From: Mitosporidium daphniae
Taxonomy: Eukaryota
Direction: 5' to 3'
Length of the DNA: 33,837 nucleotides
Assembly: GCF_000760515.2 (NCBI RefSeq)
Contig: NW_013546312.1
Coordinates: forward strand, 1-33,837
The notes beneath the pieces were generated by a model. That model saw only the letters and a program-made list of their open reading frames with translations. It was not told the origin of the DNA and made no database searches. The translations under genes and the position numbers were made by a program. Positions 22,033 through 31,891 of the stretch are shown piece after piece. Numbering within the stretch: position 1 is the first letter of the stretch; the number at the start of each line of letters is the position of its first letter.

Positions 22033-22227
22033 TAAATAAACGAGTTGATACCGATGCGGTTCTTTATACAACGTTCTTGTCCTGGTCATTACGGCACCAT
22101 TGAATAGTGACCGATGGACTTGCGAGTATCAATACGAAAGCTTTATTTCAATCGAGTTGAAGTGTATTATAGGCCCGCACCTAATTGCAACTCCAATAAA
22201 TCCCCGGTATGAAGCTCCAAAATTTAT

Positions 22228-24127
22228 ATGGCAAGCGTGTAGCCGTCGCTTAAAGCGTTTCTTGGTTGTTATTCCGCCCATCTTTTTCAGAAGCTTTGAT
22301 TCAGTGGAGGATTTCGTTCTTACTTGCACAAAGTATTTGCGGATAGAAAGCCAATGCCCATTGAGAGCGTACCGTCAAAGATTTTCGGAACGGCTCTTAA
22401 TATTTTGTTGGCCATTGCGCCCAGAAACTTGCTATCAAAATATCGGGGTAATCTATGGAGTTTTATGCAGCGCAGCTTTAGTTTTGCGGATTGGCGGCCT
22501 TACATTGAAAACAAAGCGGATGCAAGTAATTACAGTGCCGCATTTTCACGATGTTGTGCTGCTTTGAACTTGGCCCTATTCTTTGATTTTTCTTTCCAAA
22601 AAGCCCGCCCATCAAGTCTTTGCTTCGTTGATATCTGTGCCATCCGCAATCGGCCCTTTAACTTTTCAATTATCCATACCACAGACTTTGTTTTTTCGCA
22701 TTTAAAAGAGAATATACGAGTAACTTGTAGGGTTAGCATTGGAGCAGAGCTATTGGTGGTAACTGATCATGTACCCGAGCGAGATTCTATATTTTAATTT
22801 TGAATTGCAATAATGCCGGTGTTGAGGGCTGTTCTTTTGGCGTCTGCAATAAAAGGTTAGCACGCTCGTATTTAGGCTTTTAGATTTCATCAAATCTGTA
22901 TTTTTGATATCTCACTTATCAGACACGATTTGCTTGGAATGGTGGCCTCGGAAGGTACTGCATCGCTTATTTACATCATCCAGTTCCAATTGGCCTCGAC
23001 AATTGACAATTTTTCTGCTTTCATACTGTGCTCTTTTCATTGCGACAGCAATGGATATGTTGCTGAGTACGATCTGGATAATCTTTCTCCTTTGAATTAT
23101 GCCTACAAAAAGTTCCCCTTTGTCATTCGACTGTCGACAAAAGTAACTGTATTTTCTTTCTCGGTTTTTAGTCGCTGTTGGATGCATTGCAAGTCAGACA
23201 GCATTCGGCCACCGTGCTTACAATCTCGTTTGATACGTTGCTTACGGTTCCAGCTTTGACTCTTGAACTGCAATGCACGTCTTCACTCTTCAAAAGGGCA
23301 TCGCTGTTCATTGAGGATTTTGGAATTACCCCAAAGCATGCTTCTGAAAGACGTCCACTCTGTGCATTCCCTTTGTGTCTTGAAATGGAGCACCCTTCAG
23401 ATTTGAACGAATGGCTTACCCCTCTGATTGCGACATCTGAAAATGACTGTCACTCCATTCGTTGCTCTTGCTCCTCTGAAAACTCGACACTTGTTCTGGA
23501 GATACCGGAAACTGAGACAAGAATAGAGGTCCGAAATTTGACGATCATCTCTGAAAGTGGTGACCAGTCGATCGATTTTTTAATGGCAACTCAAGCTTGC
23601 AAGGTATGGGGGTCCTTTTATCGTAGTTCTTATGCCTGCTTTCTCGCCAACTTTCGAACCGGCTGCTTACGCTACATTTTGGGCAATCTTTGGAGTATTT
23701 TTTATACATGACTTACTATTTTAGACCGATGGTTCTGATTTCAACGCCCTCCCCCTGTTCCTCTTCTGCCTCGTGCCACGTGAAGGTTGTTATTGCTACA
23801 TATCCTGTTGAATATGAAGCTCTCGCATTTAAAACTAATGTCAGCATATCATCGGGGCTTTTGTTGCACACAAACGGCGATGTATTGACAAATCCAACTA
23901 TATCTCGATCATCGATTGATGCTTTTAATGCCGATCCGACGCTTGATTTATCAGATATCAGCCCCCTTTCTGCTGAAAGCACACCCACAAATCCATGGGA
24001 TATGTCACAATCCCCCCTATCCACCGCATGTCCGCGCGCTAAAAAACAAAAGAAATCTTCGGAATTTTCTTTCACATCATTTAGCAATGAAGACTACATT
24101 CCATCGACGCCTCCAAATTTGAGATAA
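22228..24127 (+). CDS. Probable divergent Rad9/Ddc1-type subunit of the 9-1-1 checkpoint clamp
   Basis: KIFGTALNILLAI resembles the Rad9 N-terminus, followed by SNYSAAF...LFF and a disordered tail ending EDYIPSTPP. Multi-exon. Start (22228 or 22354) and splicing near 22720-22800 are unresolved. Confidence 0.5.
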
Positions 24128-24376
24128 ATTTGTAAAGATTGGGCGTTGTTCTCTTTTTCCAAATCGCCATATCGTGTTGTTTCTGGCCCCGGTGGCCCAC
24201 CAAATTGCTGCCCAGCTTTATCAGAATTATCGAGGTTTGCTTTGGCGGTATTCTTCCCATCTTCACTTTCAAGCTTTTTTAAACTTATGATGGAGGTTCT
24301 TTCATCCTAAAAAATGATCCTCCTGTTGGGATTAACTATGCTGTGACGTTACGTGGTTTCGAACCGCGGATCCCAT
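24094..24376 (-). CDS. SDHAF4/Sdh8 (DUF1674)-like small protein with a degenerate C-terminus; possibly a pseudogene
   Basis: Motif FGGPPGPETTRYGDLEK around 24154-24204 versus recalled family GGPKGPEPTRYGDWE. Model: exon 24376-24353, 46-nt intron 24352-24307, exon 24306-24094 (78 aa). Confidence 0.7.
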
Positions 24377-24490
24377 TAAATTCTAAATAAAATCAAGAGC
24401 AATCCAACACGTGTGCCGGTATAGATTGGGCCTAACCCTGGCTTTTATTTGATAAATTTAAATTTCTGCATCAATTTTACAAAATTTAAT

Positions 24491-25063
24491 ATGACCAGAG
24501 GTAGGTCATTGGAAAGCTCTCCTCGCTCCCTTCCCAGATCGTGTTCTAGGGAAAGCGTGTGCTCCTTGTTATCGTCTTCATCTTCTTTTTCAGACTCTCC
24601 AGAAAGAAATAATCCCATGGATATCGTTGTAAAGGGATTAACTAGAAATGTTAACACAGAGCATTTAAGGGATATCTTTTCCTCTTTTGGGATAATAAAT
24701 TGTATCAAAATCGATGATGGCGACCGAGAATGGAGATATAAAAGAAGCGGAGTTATAAACTTTAGCAGCGAGAAGGCTGCTGCTCTGTCTATCGAATGCA
24801 TGGATGGGGGTCAGATCGATGGCATGGATATCGAGGTCGCATATTTGCGCAAGGGGCCTGAAAATGACGACTTTGCCCCTCGAAGATCATTATCGTCTAA
24901 ATCTGCATTTTCTAAACGAAGATTGTCTCCCGGCCCTCGGCATAACAGAGGCACTCCCCATAGGCCGTCTATTGTTGAATATCGGAGGCCCTCGGCCACA
25001 CCGCGGCCCCTTGGCATGGACAGTCGTCGCCAAGATGGTTCAGGTTCCAATTATATAAATTAA
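24491..25063 (+). CDS. RNPS1-like Ser-rich RRM protein (ASAP/EJC)
   Basis: Ser-rich N-terminus, LTRNVNTEHLRDIFSSFG, MDGGQIDG, Arg/Pro/Ser-rich tail. Confidence 0.85.
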   Translation: MTRGRSLESSPRSLPRSCSRESVCSLLSSSSSFSDSPERNNPMDIVVKGLTRNVNTEHLRDIFSSFGIINCIKIDDGDREWRYKRSGVINFSSEKAAALSIECMDGGQIDGMDIEVAYLRKGPENDDFAPRRSLSSKSAFSKRRLSPGPRHNRGTPHRPSIVEYRRPSATPRPLGMDSRRQDGSGSNYIN

Positions 25064-25096
25064 TGCATAAACTGTCATCTTTATTTGCAATCGCCA

Positions 25097-25315
25097 TCAA
25101 GAAACCAAAACCTTCACTGAAAGAGCCAAACAGGAGATAGATATCCACAGGCTGCAGCGATCACCAATCCTAGACCCTTTCCATATAAATGCCCATATTC
25201 CATATTCCTTTCTATTTCCAATAAACGTTGAAGCATATGATGTTATGTAGGAACACGTTGCAATAAGGAGCATGATAACTACCAGAAGAGATTGAAAGTT
25301 GAAGATGGCACTCAT
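25097..25315 (-). CDS. KSH1: Protein Kish (TMEM167/Ksh1)
   Basis: MSAIFNFQSLLVVIMLLIATCSY...WKGSRIGDR.S..IS..C. Confidence 0.95.
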   Translation of the reverse strand: MSAIFNFQSLLVVIMLLIATCSYITSYASTFIGNRKEYGIWAFIWKGSRIGDRCSLWISISCLALSVKVLVS

Positions 25316-25499
25316 TAAATTTAAAATTTAAATCGCCTTCGTGCTAAATATCATCGATATGCAGGGGCATTTTTGCAAACCAAACCATTCCATCAACATA
25401 GCATATGTAGCATACATCGGTGCTCCATGAGGTAAAGGTCAAATGCGCTAGCACTAAACTTGGCAGTGCGTTTAATTTTTTTATTTCGGCTTTTTTAAA

Positions 25500-26346
25500 A
25501 TGAAAAAGAGGAGAATTCAAAATTTCGACCTTCGGCCAGGAGATACCGGCATTATGCTCACGTGCTTTAAAGGCAGGGAGCACACCATCTCCGGCGAGCT
25601 TATGAATATAATATCAATCGAATGTGAAGACCAATGTGGGGATGACGAACAAAAGCCCGACGTGACATCCTCATTTAGTGATGCCTTTGACAACGAGTTA
25701 AAATCGCTTGGATCGCAAAAGAAAGGATCTTATTCGCTTGCTGGAATGGGTGATGTCAAGTGTATAATCTTTGCAAAGCCCACAAACCAAAATGAGCCCT
25801 CCAAAAAGCAACTACCCTTGGAGTTGACATTGAGAATCTGGGAGAGAGCTTTAAACACCGGTGTAAAGCATTCGAGGTACCAATATGCTGGCTGATCGCA
25901 CTCTTAGACACGGGCAACGATTGGTGCCTATAGAACTAAGCTGCAGGGCTTCCCCGGACGCACTGATGGCCATTTGGCCGAAATTTACAGAGCTACATCC
26001 CGACATTTTTGGGGGCAGATCAAGTGGCGACCAGTCGCTGGGCATTATAATGGTTTGAATTTGTTCCCCCTATTTCTAGTACGCAGTGGTGGTCGAGAAA
26101 CGGCTAAACGATACCATTTCCAAAGACTCCATAAAGGAAATCATTGCCTCGCTCATGGCCAGCCATCATGGTCCCAATATGGAAAGGTTCGTGGTTGACT
26201 TGAAAAAGCCCAAGCTTACAATCATGGTTCAGATCATAAAGGGCTTTCTGGGGATTTCTGGAATATTCAATTTTCCAGACACCTACAAATCCGGCAACAT
26301 TCAATTGCTGGCCGACGCCTATCGGGCAAGTAAAATTGCAACTTAA
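25500..26346 (+). CDS. TAN1: THUMP-domain tRNA acetylation adaptor (Tan1/THUMPD1)
   Basis: GIMLTC..GRE, RLVPI..SC, YAVVVEKRLN, VDLKKP.LTIMVQIIK; two short introns near 25877 and 26050. Confidence 0.85.
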
Positions 26347-26403
26347 ATTGATGATTCAATAAATTTTAATTGCAGATTGCAATTATTTCTTCAAATTCCT
26401 GCT

Positions 26404-28148
26404 ATGCTCTCCTCTTCGATGAATGGGACAACTTCAAGTTCAGGGCCCCTGCCCATTGGCGGAGAGCGCATCTCTGGAAGCGCTGTCAGAGCACAAAATG
26501 GTTGGCATTTTAATGATTAACTTTTCCACTAGTTACCGCCGTGCAGTCTCTTGCTAATATTTTGAAATCTAGCCTTGGCCCGGTCGGTCTTGATAAGATG
26601 CTCGTTGACGAGCTTGGCGAGGTGACAATTTCTAACGATGGAGCGACCATTCTAAGCATGCTTGAAGTTGAGCATCCGACGGCCCGCATGCTTGTGGAGA
26701 TGTCTCGTCTTCAAGACAAAGAGGTTGGAGATGGAACGACTTCCGTCGTTCTTTTAGCAGCCGAGCTATTGCGCCAAGCCAATGAGCTCATAAAGCTAAA
26801 GATCCATCCTACCACAATTATTTCTGGCTTCCGCTTGGCACTTCGCGAATCCTGCAAATTTATAGCAGAAAAGCTGGCCATTCCGGTCGATTCCCTTGGA
26901 AAAGATACCTTGATCCACGTAGCACGTACCTGCCTGTCTTCAAAGATACTTGGTGCTGGTGGCCTTCCCGACGAGGAAGCTTCATCGTTTTTCGCCAAAA
27001 TGGCTGCAGATGCAATAATGGCGGTTCGCACGCCCGCTGATGGAGGCTCATCCAAAAACGCCTTCAAATATCCTGTTAATGGCGTGTCCATTTTAAAGGC
27101 TCACGGCCAAAGTCAACTAGATTCATTTCTGGTGAACGGATATGCGCTCAATTGCGTCGCTGCGTCCCCGGCTATGAAGAGCAGCATCAAAAATGCCCGC
27201 ATTGCTTGTCTCGACTTTAACTTGCAAAGGATTAGGCTTCCACTTGGGGTCAATGTTTTGGTATCTGATCCAGATAAATTGGAAGATATTAGGAAGCGTG
27301 AAATCGATTTGACCCGTGAGCGTATCCAAAAGGTTCTTGCTTCCGGTGCAAACGTTGTCTTAACAACACGCGGAATTGACGATATGGCAATGAAGCTTTT
27401 TGTTGAAGCAGGTGCAATTGCAGTAAGACGTGTTGCGCGCGAAGATATCCTGCGAATTTGCAAGCTTACCGGGGCCACTCTGCTAACAACTCTAGCAACA
27501 CTGGAAGGCACTGAAGCCTTTGATGCCAGTGCGCTTGGCACTGCAGAAAGCATCAATTTGAAGACCTTTGCCTCTGATGAGTGTCTTTTGATTGAGACTG
27601 GATCGGCCGTAACGGGAGCTGCCTCGATCATCCTTCGTGGTCCCACAAGTATTGCTCTTGATGAGATGGAACGATCGATGCACGATGCCCTGTGTGTTGT
27701 CAAACGCACACTTGAATCATCAAGTGTGGTTGCTGGCGGTGGTGCAGTCGAAGCTGCCCTTTCTGTGTTTTTGGAGTCATTCGCATCGTCGATTGGCTCG
27801 CGCGAGCAGCTTGCTATTGCCAAGTTTGCAGAGTCGCTTCTGACGATTCCCAAATCGCTTGCACTCAATGCAGGAAAGGATTCTACCGAACTGATTGGCC
27901 GTCTTAGGGCATTTCATTATAAGAACCAACAGAATCCCACGGGTGTCTCTGGCCCCCTGTTGACGACCAATTCGCCTCATATGGGGCTCGACCTGATTCA
28001 AGGCACGGTTCGAAATAATGCACAGGCCGGTGTTTTAGAGCCAACCATGGTCAAGCTGAAAGCTTTAAAGGCAGCCACGGAGGCTGCCATTTCGATCCTC
28101 CGAATTGACGATATGATTAAGATCTTTCCAGACGAGAAAAAAGAATAA
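26404..28148 (+). CDS. TCP1: Chaperonin CCT/TRiC subunit alpha
   Basis: GGER.SG..VRAQN|V, SSLGPVGLDKMLVD, GDGTTSVV, IHPTTIISG, REQLAI..FA, AAISILRIDD; intron 26501-26532. Confidence 0.98.
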
Positions 28149-28355
28149 CTTTATTTACCACCTTCATTATGATAAATGACCATCTGTAAACTGCAGACTC
28201 CCATGTTTGGTGCCCGCTGTACTGTGTAAATGGGGGGGGCGGATTTATGTGTACAAAAATTTAAGTTGCTCGTTGGTTGGCCGGTTTGCACCAACACATT
28301 GGCACTAAATGGTGACAGTTTAGTAAATTTCGTACTCGAGTTCACACATGTGTCT

Positions 28356-31300
28356 TTATACAGCACTCAGGAGAAGCTCGCTCAGCGTGGTCGATGGCAT
28401 GGTTGTCCTTGAAATCAGCTCGACAGCATATGCGCCCTGGGCGACAGCCCCCACCCTCCCCCTGATGAGGATCGAGGATCTTCCGAGCCAAGAGCCCTCA
28501 ATGATAAATGGAGAGACATTAGCTGGTGCGTCGCTATGTTCAACCATACGGAGGGTGCCTCCAATGCTCGAGTGAATATTATCGATTAGCATTTGGATGC
28601 TGCCCGCGAAAGATCCGACTTGGAAGACGATTTTCTTCTCCGAGGAAGGCGGCATTGATGCCCAGGCATTTTCCTTGCCGCTGGCATTGGGGATCAAATA
28701 GTCTGAGATTGAAAATTCAACATCAAACAGCTGTCAAACATAAGCCACAGCATCATTTACCTTATATTGATCCGGGACAGAAATGGGAGCCAACTCGCCT
28801 GCGATGAAATCAACCTCTCGCATGGAAAAGGACATGCGGGCCGGGAACGTCCCTAGCGGTACGGTAAGCATATCGCTTGACTCCTTTAGCACAAAAACAT
28901 AATAGAGGTCCTGGGACGATGAGGAGGACGTCGTGTAGTCCAATGCCCCTTTGAGACTCGGGATAAAGGATGATTTGACATCAAACAGGTTGCATGTCTG
29001 CTCGGGCAATTCAATATTAATGTGGAGGTCCTCCAGATGGATGTGCGTGATTGTATTGGTGCACGAAAATCGCAGAATAAGAGCAGAATAATACAAATAT
29101 TTGGTAACCGTAACAATATATTCGGTGTCCGGCTCTGTGAGTGGCACCGCTGGGCTCTGGTGGATCAACGAGCCAATGTCCATGGGACATCCATAGAGTG
29201 GCAGAAGGATATCTTCATTCATGACAAAGGATAACTTGCTTGGCGAGGTCGATGATGGATCTGCCAGCGTCTTGCCGACCAAAGAAGACACGGCGTTTGC
29301 AGCGGCACGGTTACATTTACATAAAGACTTTATGGATTCGACAATTGAAGATTTCTTCACGTTGGCGTCTTGCTCAAGCGCCTGCAAAGAGGATTTCCCG
29401 GAAATGATTAAATTTGCTCTTTGTTCCAGCAAATCCAAGTCGATAATCTTCTCGTCATACAGAGAGGAGATATCGCCGCTTTTGAAGTTGATCGAATTGA
29501 TGAAGATCAATGCTCGGTCTCTGATTTCAACGTCTTCGTCCTGTAGGCATCTAGTAGGGGAATGCGAAATGATTGCGAACCTTTGCTTAATTAAATGCAC
29601 CACAAGATCACGACATGATTCCAACTCGCTTCCAAATTTTATCAGCGTACCCAGAGCAGCCATTCTTACGGTAGAGACCTCCAAAAGCAGCCTATTAAAA
29701 ACGTGCCTTAATATCAGAATGGGGTTCGGGTGTTTAGGGCCGTCCCGTCCAATGATATGAAGCACGTCACACGCCACGTCAGGATACTCGCAATCTTCAA
29801 TAAACTCGCACAATGAAGAGAGCACTAAATGATAAAACCCCCCAACGTACCCTCTTCAGCGGTTGATGGAATTGATGTGATAATTTCGTCAATCGAAGAA
29901 ACTAGCAACCTTTTGAGGGAGTGATCGCCCTCATCCCTAAGCCTGGATGAGAAAAACCCGATAATATTGGAGGCCTTGGCAGGAAATTGAACCGCCAACG
30001 TGGTCATTGCATCGAGGATGCTTCTCTTCAAGGCTTCTGGCATTTCGGACAGTGATGATTTCAGATGCGGTACAATGCGATCAATGCTTGACTCGTTCCC
30101 GATTTTCAAAAGAATCGTCACCGCAATGATGGCAACTGAGCGATTGGGATCCCCAATCAAAGATTCGATGTCCTGTTGGCTTTTGGCTAGCAAGTCTTGC
30201 CGGTGTGTTGCGAGCGTTAAAAGGACTCTGATTGCCGAATATCGGATCACCGAGTTTGAAGAAGACAACAGAGCTATGGAGAGTTTGACGCAAGCAATTT
30301 TGTCCTCCTCAGACGATTTTATGGATGGATTAACAAGCAAGGAACAAACCTCCAGTGCCACCATTTCTTTTCCGCTATTCGATGTGAGCAAAGACTTCCA
30401 AGAAGGTAAAAACTCTGCCTCAGAAAGCCCAATATGCGCGCATATTTGAATCAACAGAACCACCAGAGCCATGGATGCTGGATTTGTGTTTGAAATCTGC
30501 ATAAATGGAGCGTATATGGAGAGCAATTTTCTCAAGCTGCCCTTGTCGTTTTGCCGCAAAAGATACCCCAGAGCCAAAGCATGAAATCTGCTCATCCCTT
30601 CTGGGGCAATCCAATCTGCCGGGATAACAGAAGATATCCAACGCCTAATAGATTCGTGGTGGAGCGTACCCTCGCTCTTGAAAAACCAAAATATTGATGA
30701 GATTAAAGATGCACTGGAGAGGGTAGAGGAGCCCTCGATCAGGGACTGCTTGACGAATTTCTCGACCCCTTGAAGCATAGAAATCTAAACTCAAATTAGA
30801 CCAAATAGTTACATCGATCACGCGAGAAAGGACACGAAGAGAATTTGCTCTGAAAACGATATCTGCTCGAGACGAGATATCTTGGGTGATGCTGCTGATG
30901 ACCATCAAAATGTCATTGGCATAAGGCGACAGGCATTTAATGGCCAAATATAAAAGCCGTCTCAAGTATAACTAAAGTTAAAACCCAAAGGTGCAATACA
31001 TCTTTCGATTGAAAGGCCTTTGTGATGCAAAAGAAAATCGAAGTTGCCTGCGTTTCGTTAATCAGCAAAGATATGCCGATGGTGGACAATTTGGGGTCGT
31101 TAGCCGTTTTTCCTTTGAATGCGGCGTTTCCGAAACACAAGTAAAAGATGCGGGTAAGGCAATTGCAGCATTGACGCACATCGAGGATGGTGTCGTTGAA
31201 AATCCGGCATTCCATCATAATGGTAGAGCCATCGCACCCTTCAAAATCCTTGATATTCAATTTGAAGGGAATGATCATTGCCGCTGCCGAGTGTTTGATC

Positions 31301-31395
31301 GCTGGTGCCGAGGGCTGTCTGGCATTTCTGCTAGCACCCGTGACAGACGACGAGGAAGCGGCGGCGAAAGAACCTGATAAGAGTCGATTTATCAT
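28356..31395 (-). CDS. SEC21: Coatomer subunit gamma
   Basis: ECRIFN, FFCITKAFQSKD|LYLRRLLYLAIK, FRANSLRVL, DPNRSVA..A.T.LLKIG.ESSIDR, LCEFIEDCEY, EIRDRA, LTEPDTEY; several short introns. Start at 31395 or 31278. Confidence 0.96.
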
Positions 31396-31444
31396 AACTA
31401 AAAATTGCAATAAGTTGTAAAATTTAAATTCAGGCGTTGCGATG

Positions 31445-31541
31445 AAATGTGGACCACACCGTATGGACAAATCCCAAATGTGCATCGCTCGCATCGACAA
31501 ATCCCAAATGTGGACCGCTGAGCAGGCCTCAAATGGGCACC
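31445..31541. repeat. Degenerate ~30-nt tandem repeat upstream of SEC21
   Basis: Exact 17-mer gacaaatcccaaatgtg at 31466 and 31496; core AAATG(T/G)G(G/C)A(C/T)C at 31445, 31476, 31506, 31531. Confidence 0.8.
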
Positions 31542-31645
31542 GATCGAGTGTACGCACGTATACTGGTGAAGCTTCCATCATTTGAGGCCTCCAAGGCGGA
31601 AGCAAAGTTTCCGTTGTGGACAATAAATTTTATTTCTATATTCGC

Positions 31646-31844
31646 CTAGATGAAGGGGACATGTCTACCCTCCCTCCTAGCCTGTTCACGCTCATCGCGG
31701 TTATGCTCTACATAAAGAAAGCGAATATTCGATACTCATGTGAGAATAGTGCATGCAATATCCCGATATTCCTGCAAAGGCCATTATATAAAAAATGGGC
31801 TTGATAGTGTTGTTGGCTCCCTTTGTTGGAGCTATTCGGTTCAT
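31646..31844 (-). CDS. ATP17: Mitochondrial ATP synthase subunit f (Atp17)-like, 56 aa
   Basis: Exon 31844-31736, 28-nt intron 31735-31708 (gtatcg...gtag), exon 31707-31646 give MNRIAPTKGANNTIKPIFYIMAFAGISGYCMHYSHMKHNRDEREQARREGRHVPFI; KP...TM...GY...Y.H.KH matches subunit f. Confidence 0.75.
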
Positions 31845-31891
31845 CGATTTTAGGTGTTTAATTTAAACAAAATTTTACCCTGCCGCTGCAA

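Noticed and set aside
24352..24369. tRNA T-arm/B-box-like hairpin (GGTTCGAAACC on the minus strand)
   Set aside because: No acceptor, D or anticodon arm can be built around it, and it falls in the first exon of the SDHAF4-like model.
24431..24439. CCTAACCCT, a telomerase-template-like or telobox 9-mer, near CACGTG and ATTGG
   Set aside because: Single short motif 50 nt before the RNPS1-like start; no room or structure for a telomerase RNA. At most a promoter site.
25341..25470. Complementary ends (gtgcta/tagcac) and internal stems in the Kish/TAN1 divergent gap
   Set aside because: No recognisable snRNA or snoRNA boxes; short stems are expected by chance.
7544..30449. Many long antisense or alternate-frame ORFs in the track (e.g. 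8309-8758, 11256-11858, 27113-27868, 29221-29760, 30000-30449)
   Set aside because: They shadow well-supported genes on the opposite strand and show no protein motifs.
1576..31395. Apparent clustering of secretory-pathway genes (GYP1, VMA7, SSS1, TRAP-alpha, GET4, VOA1-like, Kish, SEC21) and of proline-linked genes (PRO3, Put6/7-like)
   Set aside because: They are interspersed with unrelated genes, and such categories are common in a reduced core genome; no shared motif was seen.
31445..31541. Repeat-spacer look suggesting a CRISPR array
   Set aside because: Eukaryotic context, repeats too short and degenerate, spacers about 13 nt, no cas genes.
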